DNA of 64,000 nt from Chitinophagales bacterium (lineage in GTDB: Bacteria > Bacteroidota > Bacteroidia > Chitinophagales > JADJOU01). A program made the position numbers and the translations under genes. Position 1 is the stretch's first letter. The number at the start of each line of letters is the position of its first letter. The stretch is from positions 154,918-218,917 of the forward strand of contig JBIPPB010000001.1 in the NCBI GenBank assembly GCA_044368655.1. Direction: 5' to 3'. This document shows positions 29,569 through 39,033 of this stretch, in pieces. The notes below the pieces were generated by a model. It made no database searches and was not told where the DNA came from. It was given only the letters and a program-made list of their open reading frames with translations.

Positions 29569-31977
29569 ATGAAGATTTCTTGGAATTGGCTTTGTGATTA
29601 CATCTCAACGACGTTAAGCGTTGAAGAAATAGGTGTAATTTTAACTCAAATTGGCTTAGAAGTGGAAATGATTGAAAAAGTGCAATCGATTCCGGGCGGT
29701 TTGGAAGGAATTTTTATCGGAGAAGTGCTCGATGTTGTTAAGCATGAAAATGCAGATAAATTAAATGTAACTAAAGTAAATTTGGGTGAAGCGTTTGGTG
29801 TTCAACAAATTGTTTGTGGTGCGCCAAATGTAGCCGTTGGTCAAAAAGTGGTTGTGGCCACGGTGGGTAGTATTTTACATCCAAAAAATGGAAATCCTTT
29901 TGAAATAAAAGCGGCCAAAATAAGAGGCGTAGAAAGTCATGGTATGATTTGCGCCGAAGATGAAATCGGTATTGGAGCTAGTCATGATGGTATTATTGTT
30001 TTGCCACAAGATGCACAAATAGGAATACCTGCAAGCGAATATTATCATATAGATTCGGATGCTGCAATTGAAATTGGATTAACTCCAAATCGAATGGATG
30101 CGATGAGCCACAAAGGCGTTGCGCGCGACATACATGTAGCCCTAACGGCAAGAAATATTCCGCATGAATATTTCCCGATGGGCAAGGTTTTCAAAAATAT
30201 ATCAAAGGGCGAAAAAAAGAAACTTAGCGTATCGGTTTCTTCTGAAAATTGTTCGATGTATCAAGCAACGCTTCTTGAAAATATTCAAAATATGGAATCG
30301 CCGAAATGGTTAAAATTCCGATTAGAAGTTATTGGAGAGCGAAGTATTAATGCGGTCGTGGATTGTAGTAATTTTATACTCCATGATTTAGGCCAACCGA
30401 CACATTGTTTTGATGCTAGCCAAATTAAAAATCATACATTACAAGTTAAAGAACTTTTGCAACAAGAAAAATTTGCGTCTTTAATCGATCAAGAATTTGA
30501 ACTTACCGCAGGGGATTTGGTTATTGCAGATGAAAATAAAACGTTATGTTTAGCAGGGATTGTTGGTGGAAGCAACAGTAGTGTTTCGGCCAATACAAAA
30601 TCGATATTATTAGAAACGGCGTATTTTAATCCAACTAAAATACGACAAACAACGACAAGAATTGGTTTCCGTTCCGAATCGGCATCAAAGTTCGAAAAAG
30701 GAATTGACCCACATGGATTGGATTTAGCCAATCAAAAAATGCTAAATATGTTGGGCGAAATTACAGGCGCTACATTAAACTCGGAAATTGTTTCGATTTG
30801 CAATCAAGAATTTAAACCGTATTCGGTTCCTTTAACTTTTGATAAATTATATCAATACGCAGGGTTTGAAATAGATAAAAAACAGGTACATCAAATTCTA
30901 ACATCATTAGAAATTCAAGTGCTTTCTGAATCGTCGGAAGCGCTTCAACTCGAAGTGCCGCATTTTAAATATGATGTTACCCGCGAGGAAGATGTTATTG
31001 AAGAAATCATGCGAATTGTTGGATTTGATCAAATCCCATATCCAAAGTTTCTGAGATCCACATTGAGTTTTAAACCGCACAAGACTATTTTTGAATTGGA
31101 GGAGCAACTTGCCAATGATTTAGTTGGACAGGGCCATTTTGAAATCATGACCAATTCCATCGCTTCAAGTAAAATCTATCAAAGCGAACATCGTGTGCCA
31201 TTGTTAAATGCGATGACCAGCGAACTGGATACCATGCGCGAAGATTTGATTTCGGGATTTTTGGAAGTAGCGAGCTATAATATTAATCGGGATCAAAAAG
31301 ATTTAAAATTGTTTGAATTTGGAAATGCGTATTTCAAAAAAGAAGCGTATGGACAAAAAAGGCATTTGGCAATCTTGCATTCCGGTCAATTTGAAGTAGG
31401 ATATTGGCAAAATCCAAAAGGTGTTTCTTCCAGCTTTTATAGTTTGATGGGGACGGTAAATCAAATTGTAAATCGTTTTGCTAAAAAATTAGAATTAAAA
31501 GCGATTGCGCATAATTCATTTGAGGATGCTTTAGAAATTATTTGTAATAAAAAAACAGTTGGAATCATCGGAATGATTTCGCCTAAAGTTGCAAAAGCGT
31601 ATGGATTAAAACAAAAAATCTATTTTGCGCAATTGGATATCGAGCCGTTGTTTGAAATTGCACAACAAATCAAAATTTCATATAAAGAGATTTCGAAATT
31701 CCCTCCAGTGAAGCGGGATTTTGCCTTAATGATTCAAGAAAATATAACGCTAGATCAAATCGAAAAAATATGCAAAACCCAACTTAAAGAGCATTTAATT
31801 GACTTTTATTTGTTTGATGTGTTTAAAGACCCTACGTGGCAGAATCAAAAATCTTATGCGATTCGATTGGTTTTAGAAAATAAAGAAAAGACCTTTGAGG
31901 ATAAAGAAATCGATCATTTGATGCTTCCTTTAATTCAAAAACTTGAAAAAGAAATCGGCGCGACGATACGGAGTTGA
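29569..31977 (+). CDS. pheT: Phenylalanine--tRNA ligase beta subunit
   Basis: MKISWNWL N-terminus, tRNA-binding OB domain (HENADKLNVTKVN), B3/4 and B5 domains, C-terminal FDVF...KSYAIRL anticodon-binding-like domain. Confidence 0.95.
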   Translation: MKISWNWLCDYISTTLSVEEIGVILTQIGLEVEMIEKVQSIPGGLEGIFIGEVLDVVKHENADKLNVTKVNLGEAFGVQQIVCGAPNVAVGQKVVVATVGSILHPKNGNPFEIKAAKIRGVESHGMICAEDEIGIGASHDGIIVLPQDAQIGIPASEYYHIDSDAAIEIGLTPNRMDAMSHKGVARDIHVALTARNIPHEYFPMGKVFKNISKGEKKKLSVSVSSENCSMYQATLLENIQNMESPKWLKFRLEVIGERSINAVVDCSNFILHDLGQPTHCFDASQIKNHTLQVKELLQQEKFASLIDQEFELTAGDLVIADENKTLCLAGIVGGSNSSVSANTKSILLETAYFNPTKIRQTTTRIGFRSESASKFEKGIDPHGLDLANQKMLNMLGEITGATLNSEIVSICNQEFKPYSVPLTFDKLYQYAGFEIDKKQVHQILTSLEIQVLSESSEALQLEVPHFKYDVTREEDVIEEIMRIVGFDQIPYPKFLRSTLSFKPHKTIFELEEQLANDLVGQGHFEIMTNSIASSKIYQSEHRVPLLNAMTSELDTMREDLISGFLEVASYNINRDQKDLKLFEFGNAYFKKEAYGQKRHLAILHSGQFEVGYWQNPKGVSSSFYSLMGTVNQIVNRFAKKLELKAIAHNSFEDALEIICNKKTVGIIGMISPKVAKAYGLKQKIYFAQLDIEPLFEIAQQIKISYKEISKFPPVKRDFALMIQENITLDQIEKICKTQLKEHLIDFYLFDVFKDPTWQNQKSYAIRLVLENKEKTFEDKEIDHLMLPLIQKLEKEIGATIRS

Positions 31978-32064
31978 TTTTATAAAAATTACTACATTTG
32001 TGATTAAATTAAGTAGTTTAAGGCGAGTCTATAAAATCAAGGCCTATAAAAATAAATTTATATT

Positions 32065-34410
32065 ATGACAGAACAAGAAATTAAAAGAGGGGTTAAAGAG
32101 GTTTGTGAAATTTCTACAGAAATAGCAACTCTTTATGCAGACAATAATGCTTTAGTAGCAAAATTAAATTTAGTCCCACAAGATGAACTACAAAAGGCTT
32201 CCGATTATTACGCTTCACGTTCAGGGGTTATTGTTGACTTAAGAAAAGATGTTTTAAAATTTCTCAAAGAAGGTAATAAACTCGACTTGTCGACACTTGA
32301 AGGCTTCATTGTTAAACATAAGACAGGAAAAGAGAATCAATATCGTGCCTACAAAAACTATTTTTCGATTTTCTTTCCAATCATCACTTTCTACGGACAC
32401 AATCCAATAAGAAAATTTATTGATGATTTTATTTCTGAAATAATCAAACGCCTTGACTTAAATGGGAAAGTAAAGCACATATACTTTGACTTTCAAGGAG
32501 CAAGACAACAAGGAAGCGATAGACTGTGGTTTGCAATATTCAACAACAAACAAGCAACTCAATCGACAGGGTTACAAATTTTTGCTGACTTTCATCACGG
32601 AACAATTAAATATGGTGTTTACAGACATTCAGACGAATCATATTTAAAAGGTCCGATAGAAGTATCTCCTGAAAATTTTGATTTTGAAGAGATGATAAAG
32701 TTGTATTCGGACAACAAAAACTTGATAATCGATGATGAGCCGATAAAAGACAAATTACTGACTATTCCTCTTAATCAAAAAAGACTTTATAAAATATCGC
32801 ATGGCTCCTTTAAAACTAAAGCTAATGAAAGTATCAGAGATGTATTTAAAGAGAATCAATGGATAGTTATTCATGAAAACACCGGAAAAGGTCAAGCCGA
32901 AGCCTTTAAAAATGATTTAACAGAAGGCGACTATGTTTACATTACCATTGGCGGAAATGAGTTATTTACGATTGCAAAAGTAAAAGCAGGATCTTGGGGC
33001 TATGTTCCCGAAGATATAACTGATGAAAATCGATGGATATATAGAGAAGTTCAATACATTAAATCAGCGAAAAACCCTGACCCTTCTCCTTTAAAACCAT
33101 TCAAAGAGTTTATTTATCCAAGTGGCAACAGCACGTTTACAGAAATTACAATTGATAAAATAGAAGAGGCAAACACAAATATTTTTGAGCCTCATTTTGG
33201 AGTAGAGTTTATTTCCGAAGGTGCTGCAAAAATTAAGGTGCAAGGGGAATTACAAAAGCATCCGAACAATATTATCTTATTTGGACCTCCAGGAACAGGT
33301 AAGACTTACAATAGCATTGACAAAGCAGTTGAAATTGTAACTGGAATTAAAAGTAATCATGAAGACAGCAAAGTAATCTTCGACAAATTAAAAAAAGAAG
33401 GGCAAATAGAATTCGTTACATTTCATCAAAACTATTCCTACGAAGACTTTATGGTTGGAATACGACCTGATATTGAATTCGAACATTTGCGCTTCAAACC
33501 TTACAGAGGAATTTTTTATGAGATAGCAAAAAAAGCAAGAGAGAATTATTTTGCTTCAAAAGAACAAACAGCATTGGCCAAGTCCTTTGACCAAGTTTTC
33601 AGTGAAATCATTAAGCCAATTGATGAAAAAAATGAAAGCGTTGAAATCACAATGGTTTCTGGTCTTAAATATAAAATCACTGATGTAAGCGACACAACTA
33701 TTCATTTTACAAAGCCATCGGGCGGCACTCAACACACTCTAAGTATTCAAACACTTCAAGATGTAGTTGAAGGTATTAAAGAGGTTACATCTGGACTTTC
33801 CGTTTACTATAATCCCCTAGCGAAACTTATCCGAGAAAAAAGAAAGCCAGTGGGCAACGCACAAAAAGAGAAACTCAAAAATTTCGTATTAATCATTGAT
33901 GAAATTAATCGAGCAAATATTTCTAAGGTATTTGGAGAATTAATCACTCTTTTGGAAGAAGACAAAAGAATTGATGCAAAAAACGAATTACGACTTACAC
34001 TACCAAACGGAGATAAAGAATTTGGGGTACCGCCAAATCTATATCTTGTTGGCACGATGAATACCGCTGATAAATCAATTGCTCTTATCGATATTGCACT
34101 TAGAAGACGTTTTGAGTTTATTGGATATTTCCCTGATTATAGTAAGTTGGAAGAGAGTGATGGCGTTTTTCTAAAACACATCAACAAGGAAATATATTCT
34201 CGTAAAAAATCGGCTGATTATCTAATTGGGCATGCCTACTTTATGACTGGACTCGACACATTCAAAATTATCAAAAACAAAATTATACCGCTTCTTATGG
34301 AATATTTTTCGGGTAAAACTGAAGTTGTCGAAGAAATATTTAAAAATAGTTCTTGGAGCATCAAATATGACATTGAGAAATATGATTGGATTATTCAACC
34401 GATAAGTTAA
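32065..34410 (+). CDS. mcrB: McrB-family GTP-dependent AAA+ restriction subunit with a ~400-aa N-terminal extension
   Basis: Walker A LFGPPGTGKT (aa 406-414), Walker B LIIDEINRANISKVFGEL, and the McrB signature GTMNTADKSIALIDIALRRRFEF. Confidence 0.85.
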   Translation: MTEQEIKRGVKEVCEISTEIATLYADNNALVAKLNLVPQDELQKASDYYASRSGVIVDLRKDVLKFLKEGNKLDLSTLEGFIVKHKTGKENQYRAYKNYFSIFFPIITFYGHNPIRKFIDDFISEIIKRLDLNGKVKHIYFDFQGARQQGSDRLWFAIFNNKQATQSTGLQIFADFHHGTIKYGVYRHSDESYLKGPIEVSPENFDFEEMIKLYSDNKNLIIDDEPIKDKLLTIPLNQKRLYKISHGSFKTKANESIRDVFKENQWIVIHENTGKGQAEAFKNDLTEGDYVYITIGGNELFTIAKVKAGSWGYVPEDITDENRWIYREVQYIKSAKNPDPSPLKPFKEFIYPSGNSTFTEITIDKIEEANTNIFEPHFGVEFISEGAAKIKVQGELQKHPNNIILFGPPGTGKTYNSIDKAVEIVTGIKSNHEDSKVIFDKLKKEGQIEFVTFHQNYSYEDFMVGIRPDIEFEHLRFKPYRGIFYEIAKKARENYFASKEQTALAKSFDQVFSEIIKPIDEKNESVEITMVSGLKYKITDVSDTTIHFTKPSGGTQHTLSIQTLQDVVEGIKEVTSGLSVYYNPLAKLIREKRKPVGNAQKEKLKNFVLIIDEINRANISKVFGELITLLEEDKRIDAKNELRLTLPNGDKEFGVPPNLYLVGTMNTADKSIALIDIALRRRFEFIGYFPDYSKLEESDGVFLKHINKEIYSRKKSADYLIGHAYFMTGLDTFKIIKNKIIPLLMEYFSGKTEVVEEIFKNSSWSIKYDIEKYDWIIQPIS

Positions 34411-35729
34411 TGTTTACTCTATTTGAATATGGCGAACAGATATCCGTAAAAGACAGAAAAGGTCTTGAGGGATATTTGCGTTTCCTATGGCAGGATTATA
34501 AAAACCTGTGGGTTGATGAAAATCAAGAAACAGAAAATGTAAACAACTCAAATTATCAACCTTTTATTTCTTTTGATGGCGAAAAGGCTAAAGCAAATAA
34601 TTTTGTTGGCTTCATAAATTGCAATGATGATTCTTTAGAAATTTACCCAAAGGTTTTTCAAAATATGCTATATCCAAATAAGGATTTAATGCATAGGCAT
34701 TTGTTCTTTTGGTTTAGCTATTGTAAAAAAATAAAATTTCCCTTTAACCAATCTTTCCTAGACAACTTTGAAATCGACCGATTCCCTGAATTGATTATTT
34801 ATTTAATCGGAAAACAAATCAACGAAACTGTAAGCGCAAAACCTTATTCTGCTTATGAGGAAGTAGAAGAGGCATTATTGACACCAAGAGGAAAAATTAA
34901 TTTTAATAGATACACAACAAGCTTATCATATGGCAGACATCAATTTATTGATTGTGATTATGAGCCTTTCGTTTACGACAATAAAGTCAATAGAATAATT
35001 AAACATTGCGTTCGTCTGTTATTAACACAAACAACAATACCTGAAACACAAAGAATTCTTCATGAAATCATTCATATACTTGACGAAGTTGAAGACCAAA
35101 CCTGTACAATAAATCAACTGAATCAAATAAGAGTACCAACTTTATTTGACGAGTATGAAGATGTGATGCAATGCTGTAGAATGATTCTTGAAAATCAGAT
35201 TTATTCTCATGCTGAAAATGAAATGAAAAATTGGAGTTTGCTATTTCCTATGGAATATGTTTTTGAAGATTTCATTTCGGGTTTTCTAAAAGACCATTTT
35301 AGCAAGGACTTTGAAATTGAGTCCCAAAAATCGGAACTATATCTTCATCAAAATCCGAAAACATTTAACTTACAACACGACATTTTATTGACAAATAAAA
35401 AGACTAAAGAGAAAGTAATTATCGACACAAAATATAAGCCTAGATGGGATTTAAAATCATCCGACAACAAAAAAGGCGTTTCTCAGACAGATATGTATCA
35501 AATGATTAGTTATGCATATCGAAGAGGAACAGAAAAGGTAATTCTAATTTATCCAAACACTTCTGAAAAATTAGCAGAAGATTATGTTTTCAAAATTCAG
35601 AAATCAAATCAAAATGAGGAAATAAAAATCAAAATCGTTGACGTGCCATTTTGGTCTTCGGTTGACCATTTTGAAGTTGAAACAAAGTTATTAATCAAGC
35701 TTGACAATCTATTACGTAACGACTTTTGA
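34410..35729 (+). CDS. mcrC: McrC-family restriction endonuclease subunit (PD-(D/E)xK)
   Basis: TAATG-coupled to mcrB. The C-terminal nuclease core VIIDTKYK plus TDMYQMISYAY is typical of McrC. Confidence 0.8.
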   Translation: MFTLFEYGEQISVKDRKGLEGYLRFLWQDYKNLWVDENQETENVNNSNYQPFISFDGEKAKANNFVGFINCNDDSLEIYPKVFQNMLYPNKDLMHRHLFFWFSYCKKIKFPFNQSFLDNFEIDRFPELIIYLIGKQINETVSAKPYSAYEEVEEALLTPRGKINFNRYTTSLSYGRHQFIDCDYEPFVYDNKVNRIIKHCVRLLLTQTTIPETQRILHEIIHILDEVEDQTCTINQLNQIRVPTLFDEYEDVMQCCRMILENQIYSHAENEMKNWSLLFPMEYVFEDFISGFLKDHFSKDFEIESQKSELYLHQNPKTFNLQHDILLTNKKTKEKVIIDTKYKPRWDLKSSDNKKGVSQTDMYQMISYAYRRGTEKVILIYPNTSEKLAEDYVFKIQKSNQNEEIKIKIVDVPFWSSVDHFEVETKLLIKLDNLLRNDF

Positions 35730-35848
35730 CTAATTCCTCAACCTCACTTCATCTCATCACAAATAGAAGGTCGGTGAAGAAAATTGAGATTGTAATTGAA
35801 GACAAGCATCAAGGTGTTAGTTCAACAATAAAAAGTTAAACACTCCCT

Positions 35849-37246
35849 TCACATTTTCTCCAATTGTTCTAAAAGCCATTTTTTGTTAATCATATTGGCT
35901 TCATCAATTTGAGTTTTTAAGTTTTTCTTTTTGGATGCGGTGGCTTTAAAGTGCAGTGCGTAAAGTTTTTTAATAAATTTTAAAAAATTAAGGTGGTTAG
36001 CGGCGCGTTCGTTTGAAAACGATTTATTTCGTTTGATATAAATATACAAACTGCTGCAATTATAATTTAGCGCTTCTTCATCTTTAAGCATAAAATAGCA
36101 GCGAATGATAAGAATCCGAGCATTTAAGGCATAAAAGGCATCGGTATATTTTACCTGCAAAAGCTGACGCATCGCTTGTGGGTATTCATTTTTTTCAAAA
36201 TACATACGCGCCAAGTTAAAATTATACGAATTTTCTTGGTCGGCATAGGGCACCAATTTATGATATTCATTAATAAAATTGGCGACCCATTCCATTTCTT
36301 GAATTTGAAGCCCACAGAATACGATATTTCTAAACCGCTCCGAAGGCAAATCGCCTTCGTGATGGTAATGCCTCAAGCTAGCTTTGTAGAGCTCAAATAA
36401 ATATTCCAGAAAATCATTATTCCCGGCATTGATTTTTTTAATGCAAAAATTAGATAAATACGTAATCATCGTCTTAGAATCCTCTATGTTTTCTTGATCT
36501 AGAATGACCTCATCTTTTAAGAATAAAAAAGAGTCCATGTCATTATTTTTAAGAATTAAATAGAGCGAAATATACCAATTGATAAATTTTGGATAAAGCA
36601 GCCGTTTTTCAATGATATCTTCCAATATCGAATCGTTGATAAATTCAATCGGCTTTATTTGTTTCATCCGAGCTTCAAGATTCAGATGCAAACACGCCGA
36701 TTCAATTATCTCAAAAATCAGTTTATGTTCTTTCTTTTGAAAATATTCGGAATAACTTTGACTTAATTTGTCGATATTTGATTCATTCTGAATTAAATAG
36801 GTTAGTTTATTTTTACTTTTTTGATATTCAAAATTAAAATTGTCTTCGGCGTTGGGTTCCGAATTTTTGATTTCGGAATGCAGCAAAAAATGAAGATTTT
36901 TCTTCATTTTATTTTTGGTATAAAAATAATTGCTGGCTTCAAAAGACAATTTTGGTTGCTCTTCAATCGAACGAAGCATCATAAATTTTTCCAAAACTTT
37001 GAGTAAACGACTTTGATAAACCCTTAGCGATAAATCGCTGTAAGGCATTTCGGGCCCAAACACATAATGAAAACATTCGTTTTTGTCCCATTCGGTTTCA
37101 AAATGGATTTGTTCGCTAAAAAATTCGTGGAGTTTATTTAAATAGTCGCTTTGATTGATAAAAGGTAATTTCAAAAAAGCCTCAATATCTTTTTTATCAC
37201 TTTTGGAGAGGTGCAGATAATATTCTTCGATTTTACTTTTAGACAT
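35849..37246 (-). CDS. Hypothetical all-helical (TPR-like?) protein, ~465 aa
   Basis: Long ORF with codon usage like its neighbours, ATG at 37246 (tracked 37267 is TTG). No catalytic or NTP-binding motif recognised. Confidence 0.55.
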   Translation of the reverse strand: MSKSKIEEYYLHLSKSDKKDIEAFLKLPFINQSDYLNKLHEFFSEQIHFETEWDKNECFHYVFGPEMPYSDLSLRVYQSRLLKVLEKFMMLRSIEEQPKLSFEASNYFYTKNKMKKNLHFLLHSEIKNSEPNAEDNFNFEYQKSKNKLTYLIQNESNIDKLSQSYSEYFQKKEHKLIFEIIESACLHLNLEARMKQIKPIEFINDSILEDIIEKRLLYPKFINWYISLYLILKNNDMDSFLFLKDEVILDQENIEDSKTMITYLSNFCIKKINAGNNDFLEYLFELYKASLRHYHHEGDLPSERFRNIVFCGLQIQEMEWVANFINEYHKLVPYADQENSYNFNLARMYFEKNEYPQAMRQLLQVKYTDAFYALNARILIIRCYFMLKDEEALNYNCSSLYIYIKRNKSFSNERAANHLNFLKFIKKLYALHFKATASKKKNLKTQIDEANMINKKWLLEQLEKM

Positions 37247-37489
37247 CGTTTTTATTCTTTTAACCAATTATTAGACTATTAAATTGTATTTAACGAAATT
37301 CAACGCAAATTTAATTTGTAACAAAAATAATATAAAATCAAACAATATTATGAATTTTTTGTGAATTAATTTTGTTATTACTGTAACAAAAGTAGTAAAT
37401 TGTGTAAAAAAATGATGGAAAATTAAAGCATTTTTGTACTCAGATAACCAAAAGAAATATTTTTTAATCAAAAAAAAGGGGGTTTGCTT

Positions 37490-38836
37490 ATGAAAAATTT
37501 TTACATTTTTATTTTAAGTATTTTAGGAGGAATGGCTTCTTTGTATGGTCAAAATGGCACACAAGCCGATAGCGCAAGAGTTATTATTGGTTCTCAAGTT
37601 CAGCTTAGTATTGATGTGTTATCCAACGATAATCTGGTTGCGGGTAAAAACTACAGTCTCGAAAGTGTATTTAAATCGGTTACAAGCCAAGCTATAAATA
37701 TTTCGATTGTTAATGGAAAAGCGGTTTATCAAGATATTCAAGGCACTTCATTAGCGAATGATACTTTTTTTTATGTTGCAAAAAATCTAAATGACAATTC
37801 ATTAGACACCAATTTTGTCGTGGTTCGTAAAACCGATTTGCCGCTTGATGTCAGCCCTGGCGATGCAAATAAAGATAATATTTGCAATCATTTAGATGTT
37901 TTAAATATTGGTATTGGATTTGGAAAAACCAATCAAGAGCGTGAAGGAATTTATAAAACGAATACTTGGGGCGTTTTGAGAGCTTATAATTGGAATACTT
38001 CAATTGGTACAAACAACGCAAAACATGCCGATGCTGATGGCGATGGAAAAATTGACAGTTTGGGAGATATTGCCACGGTTTATAAAAACTACAACAGAAC
38101 GGTCAATGCGCCAAATAGTATTTACAGCCCTACGGGAGGCAAAAACTTTGTGATTTTAAGTCCCGATACGCTTAAACTCGTTGGTTCAAGTCAAACATTT
38201 GGGGTCAATATTCAGTTGGGTACGGCTGCGGATAAAGTGGAAGCCAACCATGGAATTGCATTTTCAATCGTTTATGATAAAAAGGTCTTTAAAAAAGAAA
38301 AGATTTCATTTGTGCCCAATAATTGGTATGGCAATGCGTCCATCATTCCATTTTGGTTTCATGATACCGCCAATGGAAAATTTGACATTGCGTTAACCAA
38401 AAGAAATCAAGTAAATAGCGAATCATGGGGCGATATCGGACGCGTAGATATTGTAATCGATGATATTTTAGATGGATTAACAGATGGTATTCAAACGAAT
38501 TTCAAAATCGAAAAAGCGTTATTGGTTAATGAAAGCCTAACGCCGCTTCCGGTTACCATTCCTTCGCCAAAAGTAATAACAATTAAAAAAGCAGGAAGCG
38601 CCGTTCAAAATGTAAATAAAAAAGAGCTCCAAATTCAAATAAATCCATCTAATTTGAATATACAAAGTAGCCAAAATATTAAAAAATTGAATATTTTTTC
38701 TATTTTAGGGCAAACGATGTATTCAAGAGAAGCGATTCGCGCGTCGCAACAAATAGAGATTGCTATTGAAAATTGGCCTTCGGGAGTTTATTTTATTCAA
38801 GCAGATCAAAATACTTATAAAATCTTAATCCCGTAG
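37490..38836 (+). CDS. Secreted T9SS cargo protein with dockerin-like Ca-binding repeats and a cohesin-like region
   Basis: Signal peptide SLYG|QN. DANKDNICNHLDVLNI and DADGDGKIDSLGDIATV EF-hand/dockerin-like repeats. C-terminal sorting domain LNIFSILGQTMY...GVYFIQADQNTYKILIP. Confidence 0.75.
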   Translation: MKNFYIFILSILGGMASLYGQNGTQADSARVIIGSQVQLSIDVLSNDNLVAGKNYSLESVFKSVTSQAINISIVNGKAVYQDIQGTSLANDTFFYVAKNLNDNSLDTNFVVVRKTDLPLDVSPGDANKDNICNHLDVLNIGIGFGKTNQEREGIYKTNTWGVLRAYNWNTSIGTNNAKHADADGDGKIDSLGDIATVYKNYNRTVNAPNSIYSPTGGKNFVILSPDTLKLVGSSQTFGVNIQLGTAADKVEANHGIAFSIVYDKKVFKKEKISFVPNNWYGNASIIPFWFHDTANGKFDIALTKRNQVNSESWGDIGRVDIVIDDILDGLTDGIQTNFKIEKALLVNESLTPLPVTIPSPKVITIKKAGSAVQNVNKKELQIQINPSNLNIQSSQNIKKLNIFSILGQTMYSREAIRASQQIEIAIENWPSGVYFIQADQNTYKILIP

Positions 38837-38910
38837 ACGACATTAGACATTTTCCATATTTCCGCTTAAAAATTAGATTGGGGAGTAATTTTTAGCAAAA
38901 CCATTAAGAA

Positions 38911-38947
38911 GGAAGCCAAACTTGTAAACGTTGGCTTCCTTTTTTTC
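38911..38947 (+). terminator. Rho-independent terminator
   Basis: Perfect 9-bp stem GGAAGCCAA / TTGGCTTCC followed by T7. Confidence 0.75.
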
Positions 38948-39033
38948 TGCCTTTTTGTCATTTTTTGATTTTGGTATATAAATTGAATGTATTTTTATAG
39001 ATTCAATTTATTAATTAACTTAAAATATAATTT

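Noticed and set aside
35730-35848. The GC-richer 119-bp spacer between the convergent mcrC and the helical-protein gene, considered as a structured RNA or gene relic.
   Set aside because: It contains only short (5-bp) complementary segments. Its translations are short and unrecognisable, so there is not enough evidence to call anything.
37271-37471. The 66-aa hydrophobic ORF immediately upstream of the 465-aa helical protein gene.
   Set aside because: It needs a TTG start, has no internal ATG, lies in very AT-rich promoter-like DNA, and its Phe/Ile/Lys-rich composition is what AT-rich non-coding sequence yields.
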